Shown one piece after another: positions 23,541-34,540 of a stretch of 53,458 nucleotides of DNA. Position 1 is the stretch's first letter. Each line of letters opens with the position of its first letter. The notes below the pieces were generated by a model. The model was given only the letters and a program-made list of their open reading frames with translations. It was not told the origin of the DNA and made no database searches. The position numbers were made by a program, and so were the translations under genes. This stretch comes from Octopus bimaculoides (lineage: Eukaryota): contig NC_068981.1 of assembly GCF_001194135.2 (NCBI RefSeq), positions 191,534,196 to 191,587,653 on the forward strand, read 5' to 3'.

Positions 23541-23744
23541 GTGAATTGATTTAAAATTGCTCTTTTTAACATGTTTGCCTTTCCTCTTTCTAAATTATTC
23601 AGTTTTAGTGGTAACATATGTTGCAAAATGTCAGCAAATTACCATATATATTTCCTCATTAACTAAACTGATGTAAATAATGTTGACACAGCTTATTTTG
23701 GTGGTAATTCTAGAATAATGTTGTCCTATGTGTCTTGGTCTTTG

Positions 23745-23947
23745 ATTTTAAACGGCCATATCTGGACTAAATATTCCACCCACTTAATGTTCAAACTGGC
23801 CCACTCTGACCCCTCACACCTACTGTACAATGTCATTCTAAAAATAAACAATCATATCTTCAGAATCTTGAAGCTACAAGATAATGCATGATTAATTCAA
23901 AACAATGTGAATAAGTAAGCATTACTCTAACAGAATAATCTGAGTTA
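23745..23947. mobile_element. Non-autonomous DNA element; second copy ~46122-46562, interrupted by an RTE 3' end at ~46233-46497
   Basis: Shared TCAAACTGGC...CTCACA...CTAAAAATAAACA...AAGATAATGCATGAT|TAATTCAAAAC...GAATAAATAAG.ATTAC. The second copy ends AAAAGGGTTGA (piggyBac-like end). Confidence 0.6.
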
Positions 23948-24311
23948 ATATGGTTTCAAGGAGAATTGGCTGCTATTTCTAGCAGCTCTACATTGTGGAG
24001 ACTAATGGAAACAGGTGGTGTAAAAACAGAAATCCAAATTTAACCTTGTTTGTTCAATTTTTTTAATATATTTTTGTTTATATTTCCATATCCCTCAATA
24101 GAAAATTTATTCAGTTTTAATAAAGAAACCAAAAATGAAAGAAAAAAATTTAGAGCAGTAATCCTAGTTTTATGATTTAGTTTCTGTGGCCATAAATATA
24201 TATACTATATTAACAAACTGTATTTTATTACCATGTAATGGGCTTGTTTAGTTACTGTCATCATTATCTTTTCACTGACAGACATGTTCCTTGCTTGGCA
24301 TAAGGTTAGAT

Positions 24312-24933
24312 CAGTGGTTCTCAGCCAGGGTCCACATAAAATTCTGTGCAATAAATTGGTTATACTTCTAAAAATATTTAAATTTTCGTTTGCAATTCCT
24401 AATATTTAATTATAAAAATACAGTAAGATTTTTTTTATATAGGCACAGGAGTGACTGTGTGGTAAGAAGCTTGCATCCCAACCACATGGTTCTGGGCTCA
24501 CTTCCGCTGCATGGCCCCTTGGACAAGTGTCTTCTTATTATAGCCTTAGGCCAACCAAAGCCTTTTGAGTGGATCTGGTAGACGGAAACTGAAAACAGCC
24601 CGGTGTGTGTATGTATGTATATATATATATATGTGTGTGTGTCTGTGCTTGTTGCCCCACCATCGCTTGAGAACCGATGTTGAAGTGTTTACGTCCCCGT
24701 AACATAGCGGTTCGGCAAAAAAAATAAAACAATAGAATAAGTACTAGGCTTACAACGAATGAGACCTGGGGTTGATTTGTTTGACTAAAGGTGGTGCTCC
24801 AGCATGGCCACAGTCAAATGACTGAAACAAGTAAAAAAAAAATAATAGAATATACATCAAATGGTTATGGAGGTCCAGCAGGTTAAATAGGGATAAAAGG
24901 GGTCCAGTGGTAAAAAATGGTTGAGAACCACTG
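24312..24933. mobile_element. hAT/Charlie-type MITE, copy 2, with a nested SINE
   Basis: TIRs CAGTGGTTCTCA.C / GTTGAGAACCACTG; 8-bp TSD GGTTAGAT/GGTTAGAG. Confidence 0.85.
24441..24850 (+). mobile_element. Near full-length tRNA-derived SINE family 1; truncated heads at ~5400, 12805, 15635, 20950, 22720
   Basis: A-box-like GTGACTGTGTGG and B-box-like GG.TCA.TTCC (GGTTCAGTCCC in other copies), central (TA/TG)n, and an A-rich tail after ACTGAAACAAGT. Confidence 0.8.
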
Positions 24934-25013
24934 GGTTAGAGACTGTTGTAATACAATAATTATTGAAGCATATTTCTGACTGGGATTTTTTTAAATAACT
25001 TTTTCTTTCTCAG

Positions 25014-25104
25014 GCAAACACAGTGGGATCTCCCAAAATGGGACCAAAGTGATCAAGATGATATGGATCTGGGAACTCCAACTCACGATGAACCACAAAA
25101 CAAG
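25014..25104 (+). CDS. SETD2: SETD2 exon: end of the WW domain, QTQWDLPKWDQSDQDDMDLGTPTHDEPQNK
   Basis: tttctcAG|G CAA...AAG|GTATAT. TQWxxP completes the WW domain. Confidence 0.93.
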
Positions 25105-25208
25105 GTATATAAATAAACTTCATTCAATTCAGTTCTATATTTGAGAGATGAGGAATTATGTACATTATTTACATTTGACGGATATTTGTCCTCATCTTGT
25201 TTGTTGTT

Positions 25209-25255
25209 AACACAACATTTCTGCTGATGTACTCTCCAGCCTTCATCAGGTGTCC
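25209..25255 (-). ncRNA. Minimal type I hammerhead ribozyme-like motif (antisense arm)
   Basis: Minus strand GGACAC-CUGAUGA-A-GGCUG-gagaguacau-CAGCA-GAA-AUGU-U-GUGUU: core boxes, stem II, a near-palindromic mini stem III, and stem I GACAC/GUGUU. Confidence 0.7.
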
Positions 25256-25425
25256 TGGGGGAATTTCAAACCTGGGTTCTCATTCCTAAGGTATTTTTCC
25301 GATGTTGTTGTTGTTGTTATTATTATTATTCAGGTCACTGGCTGGAATCGAACTTGGAATTTTGTGGTTAGTAGCCTGTGCTTTTAGCCACAAGATTCTG
25401 AGTTCAATTCCAGGCAGTGACCTGA

Positions 25426-25464
<39 letters not shown>

Positions 25465-25512
25465 TCAGGGAAAATACCTTAGGAATGAGAACCCAGGTTT
25501 GAAATTCCCCCA

Positions 25513-25556
25513 AGACACCTGATGAAGGCTGGAGGGTATATCAGCCGAAACGTGTT
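25513..25556 (+). ncRNA. Minimal type I hammerhead ribozyme-like motif (sense arm, cleavage site apparently damaged)
   Basis: AGACAC-CUGAUGA-A-GGCUG-gaggguauau-CAGCC-GAA-ACGU-GUU. It is 3 nt shorter than the antisense arm after ACGU, putting G at position 17. Confidence 0.65.
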
Positions 25557-26234
25557 AACAACAAACAAGATGAGGACAAATATCCATCAAATGTAAATAA
25601 TGGTCATTCAATTTCTCTCTCTCTGCCTATGACTTGTTACAGGGTCTCTAAAACTGGTAGGAGGTGGGAGGAAGTATCCTCATATCTACTCTGGCTTGGT
25701 TTGGTTCTATGGTTTGATGTCATTCCTAATGCCAACCATTTTACAGTGTGTACTGGGTGTTTGGTTTTTTTTTTCATAGCACCAATACTATTGAGGGAGT
25801 GTGAATGAAGAATGGTGGGAGGGACAACTGGTTCTTGTAGAGGAGCTGCAAAGAAATAAATAGGTGAGGTATGGTGGGGGTGTCCAAGTGGCCCCAACTG
25901 AAGGTGAGAGGTGAGTAGAAATGGGAGTTTGTATGGGGAGCAGGGGGTGAGAAGCCAAAAGTNNNNNNNNNNTGCTATTTACATTTTTGTTCTTTGATTA
26001 ATTCTGGACTTAAATGTGAAAGTAACAGCTGTAAATATTGGATGGGATTGAAGGGTGGTGGTTGGAGTGGTTGATGGCTGATGAGTTGGCAAAGGTAGAG
26101 GATGCAGAAAAGAATGGGTTGGGGGAGATGATATGTGGTTGGGAAGGAGGGTAGTGAATGATGAGATAATTTAGTTAGTGAGAATTAATCAATGTAATTA
26201 GTGGGTGGAAAGAACAATATTAGAATGACTGACA

Positions 26235-26590
26235 AGTAAAATGGTACAAAAGATGAGTGAGGTTTAGCATTTTGAGGTCAGTCTTCACCACTTTATCCCA
26301 TGTCTTGTGCTCCCTTGTCCACAAGTTCAGTTGGCACTTCTGTATACTGCTGTCCTCATTCATAGATCCCATCCATATATATATATATATATCATCATCA
26401 TTGTTTCCATGCTGGCATGGGTTGGATGGTTTGACTGATGTCTGGAAAACCAGCAACTGTATCAGGCTCCAACCTGATCTGGCAAGGTTTTTACAGCTGG
26501 ATGCCCTTCCTAATGCCAACCACTCCAAAAGTATAGTAGGTGCTTTTTACGTGCCACTTGCACGGGAGCCAGTCAGGGGGCACAGGCATT
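26235..26590 (-). mobile_element. RTE LINE fragments (RT C-terminal piece plus 3' end)
   Basis: The minus frame reads ...KTWDKVVKTDLKMLNLT (ORF track 26220..26528), followed by the family 3' core. Confidence 0.7.
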
Positions 26591-27473
26591 GAATATATAT
26601 GAGAGAGAAAAAGAGAGATCTCACCTCTCCTTTGTTGTATCTTCTGTTATCTAACAATGCTATTTACATTTTTGTTCTTTGATTAATTCTGGACTTAAAT
26701 GTGAAATTGATGTTATTATTCTAAAGCAAGTTTAAGAATAACAGAACATTTACTGATGGTGGGTGTTGACTCAAAACTGAGAATAGAATCAAATTCATGT
26801 TGACTAGGACTTGCTCTCTCAAACCTGAGCCCTTGTATCTAACTACCCTCCACCTAGGGTCTTGAGCAAAAAATAAATAAATAGTTGCATACACAGCTCA
26901 AGAGTAACGATTGCAGGCAAACTAATAGGCAAGATTTAAAAAAAATTCAAGGGAACAACAATAATAAGCCTATCTCTCAACTACCATGTTTGTTCAACTG
27001 AATTGCTACTTTCCTCATCACTTTCACCAGTTTGATTGTCCAAAACACTCTCATTGCTGGTATAAGTGTAAACTCTTTGTCCAAAGAATAAATAATTTCC
27101 TCAACTCCAAACAGTCTAGGCTTTGCTTGTTTACAAGACAAAGCCCCGGGTTTATCATATGGTCATTTCATCACATTTTTTTTCCTTTTTTACAATTAAA
27201 AACAAAAGTAAACAACAGCTTTGGGGTACATTATTAGCCGTGAGTCCTAAACACTTGATTACAAAGCTGCAATGTGGTCAGGTGTCCAATTTTAATATTT
27301 TATCTTTCTATGTGTGTCATTCATTACCACTTTACCAAGAATCCAATAGAGATGACATTAAGACTATGACAGGGTTAAATTTCACTTGAGTTTATTCAAC
27401 TAGTTGACTCTGTATTTTCTGTTCTGTCAATACATTTTAATGTAGTGGATAGACTTCTGATTTATTTTTTCAG

Positions 27474-27557
27474 TCTAAAAGAAAAGCCACGACTACAGCA
27501 GCAGCTGATACTTCCAGTGAACTTGCCAAAAGAAGCAAGGAAGCATTCCGCAATAAG
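27474..27557 (+). CDS. SETD2: SETD2 exon: SKRKATTTAAADTSSELAKRSKEAFRNK (start of SRI)
   Basis: ttttttcAG|TCT...AAG|GTAAGT. ADTSSELAK is highly conserved. Confidence 0.95.
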
Positions 27558-27697
27558 GTAAGTTGCATCTCTATTTGAATTCTGCTATTATCTGTCCTGA
27601 TTTAGAAACTGAAGATGAATTTATTTTTTAAATATGTGGAAATTTTAATTGTCTTTTTCACATATTTTTTGATTTTTCTCTTTTTTTCTAATCACAG

Positions 27698-27799
27698 ATG
27701 TCCCAATGGATTGTTGCCTGCTTGAATCCCTATCGGAAACCAGATTGTAGACTCGGTCGAATATCTAGCACAGATGACTTCAAGCATTTGGCAAGAAAG
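27698..27799 (+). CDS. SETD2: SETD2 exon: SRI domain, MSQWIVACLNPYRKPDCRLGRISSTDDFKHLARK
   Basis: atcacAG|ATG...AAG|GTATAC; 102 nt. LNPYRKPDC and DFKHLARK are SRI motifs. Confidence 0.96.
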
Positions 27800-28021
27800 G
27801 TATACATTGTTATTATCTCTAAACCCCCCCCCCNNNNNNNNNNNNNNNNNNNNNNNNNNNNNNNNNNNNNNNNNNNNNNNNNNNNNNNNNNNNNNNNNNN
27901 NNNNNNNNNNNNNNNNNNNNNNNNNNNNNNNNNNNNNNNNNNNNNNNNNNNNNNNNNNNNNNNNNNNNNNNNNNNNNNNNNNNNNNNNNNNNNNNNNNNN
28001 NNNNNNNNNNNNNNNNNNNNN

Positions 28022-28060
<39 letters not shown>

Positions 28061-28701
28061 TACACACAATAATGTTAATGGTAAATGAGAGTTCATACGG
28101 CAGTTGCAAAACTGTAAGATACACAGTTACTTTTCCTACAACACCGGTCCAATTTGAAGTTGTCCTTTCAACCTGCAGAAATCATTGGAGAGCCATTCCT
28201 GTAGATTCCTCCATTGAAACACCACATGGGCTTTCTTTTGTCTCTTAACAACCAAATTGAATTATTGAAATAAGCAACATTGTGTGTGTTGGTGTTTGGT
28301 GGAGTGACTAAACAGTTTCTCTTTGCACAAACTATTACTACCACCCCATAACTGTATGCTTGACCACAGTATCACAAAAGTACTAGTTGAGCACTGGGGC
28401 CAATGTAATCAACTTAACCCCTCACCTGAAATTGCTGGCCATATACCAAAATTTGAAACTAATATTACAAAACGGAACATTCTTTTGGATACAAATTGAG
28501 TTTAGTAACAGTGAACCAGCACTAGTACAGGCATAGTATAAAGTAATGGTTTGGTAATGGTCACTATTGCCATGAAAATGTGGCTATCATAATCCATCCA
28601 TTTATGTATCCTAAAGTTTATGAATTAATACAATCACCATTTGAAATATTTGCTTTGTGTAAATAATCTACAATTATATATTTTTCTGTTTCTTTTGTCA
28701 G

Positions 28702-28866
28702 TTAACTCACCATGTGATGGCCAAGGAGTTGAAACATTGTAAACATCCTGAAGATTTAGAAGTCAATGAAAATGTAAAAGCAAAGGCAAAAGACTATATT
28801 AAAAAATACATGTGTAAGTTTGGAGCCAATTATAAAAAAGCCCAATCACCTACACCAGATGATTGA
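28702..28866 (+). CDS. SETD2: SETD2 last coding exon: LTHHVMAKELKHCKHPEDLEVNENVKAKAKDYIKKYMCKFGANYKKAQSPTPDD*
   Basis: ttttgtcAG|TTA...GAT TGA. SRI C-terminal LTHxVMxKE and NENVKxKxKxYIKKYM motifs. Confidence 0.96.
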   Translation, partial: LTHHVMAKELKHCKHPEDLEVNENVKAKAKDYIKKYMCKFGANYKKAQSPTPDD

Positions 28867-30348
28867 AGACATTTTGTTGGTTAGCATCTACATTTCACAT
28901 GGGAATTTTTATCATTGTCACTTATGATATATACTAACAACTTGGTGCTGTTCGCTTAGCTTTGTTCGAAAGCTTTGAACACTACATGAATGTAAACACC
29001 TGACAAGAGGAAGAGTTTTAATTTATCATCTGGTTTGTTAAGTTACCTCCTCCAATTAGGAAAACGCACAAATCTATCTTTCCTCTTTCCGTCCTATGGA
29101 CGTAACTGACGTGACAATAGGGCTAGTTGTGAAAAGAAACGAATTTTCATGAAACTCCCTGCAAAGAAAATCCAATGAAATCATTGTAAATTGATTTTCA
29201 TTAACGATCTCAAGTGCATTTCATAACAGTATACACACACATATATATGCATTTAGAGGTTAAGTCTCCACTGTTTGTTGGCGTTTCTGTTTTTTTTTAA
29301 TGTTTTATTTTCCTTGATGTCCTGGCTGTCGTTCTGTGTAAACAGCATTGAGACACTGTACATAGAAAGTGAATGGGACCATGGGAAATCTTCCCTTCTA
29401 ACAAGCCAAATAGCAGTTCCCTGAAACTGAGGAAAAGCAGGCAGGCAGGGATGGGGAGGCTATCTTCTGACTCAGTTCTCATTCAACTTCCATTCCATCA
29501 ACCGTAATTCTTTCACCTTTCCTTTCTCATTTTTTTACTTTTTTTAATTTACATGCCATAAATAGTTGAATGAAGTTGGATTACACTTGTTCCTTGTTTT
29601 TAAATATGCATACACTTCTAAGTTATTCAATTATCAAATTACCTATTTGGTACCCATAATTTTACCTGCTTAATGTTTACGAACAGTGTATGCTGATCTC
29701 ACTTTACCTAAAGGGACACACTCATCCTTAACAAGCAGTGAATCAATAGCTTCACTGGTCAAGAATCCCTTCTGCTGACAATAAAATGCTATCATTTCAA
29801 AAATTGGTCATATTAAAAATGTCTTTATCTCTGAAAGAGTTTAAGATTTAAAACATTTTTATTCAATGTTTTACCACTATGTGGCTACTATTTATGTTCA
29901 AAATTTGCTATCTAAGTATTTTATCAATGAAATTTTTAAATTGTAAATTTTCTTTATTACAAGAATTCATTGTAAAATAAGCCTAATCATGTTTTAATGA
30001 AATCATTTTTTTTTTTAATTAATTAATTAATTTCAAACACAAAAGCGGGGGTTAGAATATTTGTAAATCCTGCCATCATTCTTTTTAGCATTGTTTTTTT
30101 TTAAATACATCATGGAAATTAAATTAATTTTTTTTTTTTTTTTTTTTAAACAAAACCATTTTAAAAACTGTGAATGTGGAGATAATACTGATATTATTGG
30201 GTGCTCTGAATTCTTTAAAATATATTAGATAATCAATTTGCATTCAGAACTTTCAACAACAAATCACTGAATTTTACCTCCAACTAAGATCATTAGGAGT
30301 ATTTAGTTTAATGCATCTGATGGGTTAATATATGAAGAAAAAAAAAGG

Positions 30349-30379
<31 letters not shown>

Positions 30380-30930
30380 NNNNNNNNNNNNNNNNNNNNN
30401 NNNNNNNNNNNNNNNNNNNNNNNNNNNNNNNNNNNNNNNNNNNNNNNNNNNNNNNNNNNNNNNNNNNNNNNNNNNNNNNNNNNNNNNNNNNNNNNNNNNN
30501 NNNNNNNNNNNNNNNNNNNNNNNNNNNNNNNNNNNNNNNNNNNNNNNNNNNNNNNNNNNNNNNNNNNNNNNNNNNNNNNNNNNNNNNNNNNNNNNNNNNN
30601 NNNNNNNNNNNNNNNNNNNNNNNNNNNNNNNNNNNNNNNNNNNNNNNNNNNNNNNNNNNNNNNNNNNNNNNNNNNNNNNNNNNNNNNNNNNNNNNNNNNN
30701 NNNNNNNNNNNNNNNNNNNNNNNNNNNNNNNNNNNNNNNNNNNNNNNNNNNNNNNNNNNNNNNNNNNNNNNNNNNNNNNNNNNNNNNNNNNNNNNNNNNN
30801 NNNNNNNNNNNNNNNNNNNNNNNNNNNNNNNNNNNNNAAAAGAGATGAACCAATTGTGTAATTTATCCCATTTTTTTAATCTTTATTTTTAGATTATTTT
30901 TTTTTGTTATTGTGTTTTGGTTGAAATAAA
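28867..30930 (+). other. SETD2: Probable SETD2 3' UTR, with candidate polyA signal AATAAA at 30925-30930
   Basis: TE-poor, U-rich stretch after the stop codon. The 3' end is inferred only, and an N gap (30380-30837) interrupts it. Confidence 0.45.
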
Positions 30931-31927
30931 TAGTTAACAGATAACATTGTCATTTATTTATCTATTAATTACTACAAGTAAAAGACACAATGTTTTCGAT
31001 ATGTGCCATCTCATCAAATGTTTTATTGAACATCCCTACTACTAACACGTAACTTTAATGCATGCATACCAGTGAGAAATGCATTTAGATGAAAAATGCT
31101 TTATTTTTAGTTTTAAACCTATTTATGGACATAGCTACTTGTTTCTGATTATGTAAATACATGAATAAAGCATACCGAAGAACTAGTCGGATCTGTGTTG
31201 ATTTTACATTGAAAATATCTTCTAATAATTTGCAAATGTATCAATGTAATTCAAGAGAACCATTCCACTATGAAATCTTGTAAATTAAAAGAAATAACAT
31301 TTTATTTTATTTAATTTTTTTTTGTTTTTTTTATCTTCCTCTCTCATTATTGTAATTTCATATTTAATAAGAGTTCACATATGTTTACCACTTGTTTTAT
31401 AGTCTTATTTCCTCCTGCTCTCCACGGAGCCCTGGGCGACTCATTTCTCTTGTAATTTGAGTTCTGAAGGCAAGGTTACTAGCCTCAAACTCAATTACTC
31501 TTTCTTTCTCACCATAAACCTGGGATGTTTGAAGTCGAGGAGAAGGAATTCATAATTCTACCTAGGGGTCCCATTATACATACTCTCTGCCAGGACCAGC
31601 AGAGTGTGGAACATATGTAAAGTAGGGTCGTCATGTCTTTTAGATAATTGTCACTACCCACACTATTTACTGTGACATTACTTACAAATTTTACAACTCA
31701 AAGAGATGTTTAGTTTGATATATTAAATATAGTTATATTAAATATAGTTGGCTTACACTGAACAACTGTAGTTTTCAATATTCTTTAAACATCGTATTTG
31801 AAATAATATTTCTGATATTTTTATCATAACAGTGATGGAGAGGGGGGAAAAATGAAGGCAGTGTTTGATACAGCAGTAAATAAAAACATAGTTAGACACT
31901 CATTAGCCACCCTTTAACTGTCTTTAA

Positions 31928-32128
31928 CCCTCGTTATAACATTTCTGTTGAAGTACACTTTGTTTCAGTTAATAATGGAAATAAAGTAACTTAGTGATTA
32001 TTAAGCTGGTATTTGAAGCATAAATTAACATGACATCCTTATGCAAGGTTTTAATTAACAGCACTTTTAAATAAGAAGTATGTATTGTAGAACCAGGGAT
32101 GATTTCAAATGGGTTGTTATGAAAAGGG
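31928..32128. mobile_element. piggyBac-type MITE (~200 bp)
   Basis: TTAA|CCCTCGTTATAAC...GTTATGAAAAGGG|TTAA: CCC/GGG termini and a TTAA duplication. Confidence 0.8.
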
Positions 32129-32844
32129 TTAAAATGCATCAATGGCCAGAAAGAAAAAAAGACAAGATCTGCATATCATCACTACACCTGAAAATATCTT
32201 AATGAAATAGTTGAAATTTGATAAAAAATTTATACATGCATAAAACTACAGCTGTAACTCAAGGGTATATTGACTTGGTAGCACACATCATACTTTTGAT
32301 AATGATTTTAGATGACTAGGAGACAAACGTAGACTGCCTCTCAACCCTACCAGCTGACCAGTTGGAGGGAGAGAGGTCCGCACCAGTACTTGGCTGGTAT
32401 TAATTTACTAATTTTCTTCTGAGTTAATTGAAGCAATGTGAAAAGAAGTGCCTTGTTCAAAGAGATATACTGAAGGATAGCCATTGAATTGCTCACAGTA
32501 GCATTTCACTATTGCTACTTAGAAAGAAAAAAAAACTTGGCCATCACTTGCAAGCAAGCATAACCAAGTAGCTTGTACCACACTTTCACTAATTGTTCTA
32601 GGTATCTGTGTAGTCGCAAGTTAACATAGACCTCCTCTTGACCCAGTACAATACTGATGATGTGATAAGTGAAGGGAGAAAGAGACTTCGTTCACAGCTG
32701 AGTAAATTGGGGCAGCATGAGACAATCTGCCTTGCTCAAAGACACCTGCCCAATCTAAAAATCAAACCCACTACCTTAGGATCACAAGTCCAACAGTCAA
32801 ACAACTAGGCCACATGCACTCATACAGCTGTCCTTTGCCTATGC

Positions 32845-32961
32845 CAGGGGTCCCCAAACTTTTTAAACCATCGACCCCCTTCATGAAATCCTTGACCCCC
32901 AGGCATGTACAAGAAAATAAATAAGTAGATGTGCATTTATCGACCACTTTGGAGACCCCTG
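32845..32961. mobile_element. Short hAT-type MITE (117 bp)
   Basis: TIRs CAGGGGTCCCCAAA / TTTGGAGACCCCTG; 8-bp TSD GCCTATGC/GCCTATAC. Confidence 0.85.
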
Positions 32962-34540
32962 GCCTATACTGTTATCATTGAGGGCTTCATGTAGCTTTAT
33001 TTAGCTGTTTGATTAAATCTTCATATCTGGACTCTGTCAATGTGACAATATTCCCTCTCATGCTACAATTCAAGTTCATGACTTCCTTCTCTCTCTCTCT
33101 CTCTCTCTCTCTCTACTCATTGGGTAAAGCTCAGCAGCTCCAGGAAATATTTTTACCAAACTTTCATACATTCTTAGTTTTTGGACCTGTAACAACTAAT
33201 TCTTCCCATTGATTACTGTTAAATACTGTTTCCAATAATCAGTCAGTTTCCCGTGAATCAACGAGGGAGCCTCTAAGTGGCTGCACGACCTGCTAGAAAT
33301 AGCAGCCAAATAGACCATAAATTAGACCCTGTCTTTTAAAAAATCTCTCTTAACATTTATATTGGATAACATAGGAATAATGATGCGTGATACATGGAAG
33401 AATAAGCTTTCAAGGTTGGGGCTGCTTTTTGATCAGAGGTTTGATCCATCAGGGCTGACCCAGGATTAAACAACAATTGTTATCTTTCGGAAAAATAACA
33501 TTACCTTGTAAATAATAAATTTGTTCAAAATCTACCTCTGTGTGCTTGTCAGTTTTTCTATATGTAATGATGAATACTAAATGTTGAAATTAGTTCCATA
33601 ACCTAAAAAGCTAAATGTTGCAACAGTGACAGACTATTTGACATTCTCTCAATTGTAGCTTAATCACTAAGGGAGATAACTCTGAAGTATTTTTACATCA
33701 ATTATGCAACCATTGATTACAATCTATTCGACCTCCAGCGAAGTGATATGGGTATGATTGTATAATTTCAAAGATTTGCCGTAATTACTTTAGCTCTCTC
33801 ATTTGTTTGAAGAAGCAATATTCTGTCACACTGAGACATGTATGGTACTCTCTTAGATTAGAAAGACTGAAATTTAAAACATCCTTTTTTTTTTCTTTTT
33901 TTTTCCAAATCAACAGATATACCTGTTTACATGAAAACATTAAATTCATTATTGTTGGATCTGAAATGAGAAAGTTGAAGTTAAATGTTTTCTATGGTGG
34001 GTGAGCAACGTGGGTATAGACTTGTTATGGTAGACTGTATTCCTACGAAAATTGCCAAAGTTTCTTATCTTGTTTTTATAATAAACCCAACAGTGTAAAA
34101 ACAAATATTTCTAGTTTCTCTTGAATTCTTACTGTAATATGTAAAAATTAGCAAAGTTTATGCGAAACACTTATCAGCAAATGTGATTCAAAGACTTCCC
34201 TTTTGATGTCTGCTATATAAATATAAAGGATATCATTTTTCAAAGGTATCTAAAGTCTAATATTACCTGCTCTCAGGATAACAATGCCACACACAAACAT
34301 GAAGCTGATGAAAATAGTGTATTATGTAACTAATACAGAATAGAATCAGGACTGATAAGTTAAAACTTCATCTTCAGTTTATCTTCTGATGATGTAAATA
34401 ACAAAACTATGGTGGTATTAGTGGCAATTGATGGAAGTGAATTAAAATGCTTATGTTTGCTGATAGGAAAGAAAAACAAAAATGTCTTCATAGCTTTTCA
34501 TGCTATGAAGACAAGCAGAATCTCTAAATCATTAGCAGAT

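Larger units (their letters stand above)
25130..25603. mobile_element. Head-to-head palindromic retro-like insertion: B-box head + (AAT/AAC)n + Penelope-type pLTR-like tail
   Basis: Arms 25163-25370 and 25385-25602 are near reverse complements around a 14-nt loop. Flanking 10-bp direct repeat TCATTCAATT at 25120-25129 and 25604-25613. Confidence 0.85.

Noticed and set aside
25340-25412. Functional tRNA gene at the palindrome centre (and at the SINE heads)
   Set aside because: Only a B box and a partial anticodon-arm-like stretch are present; there is no A box, acceptor stem or full cloverleaf.
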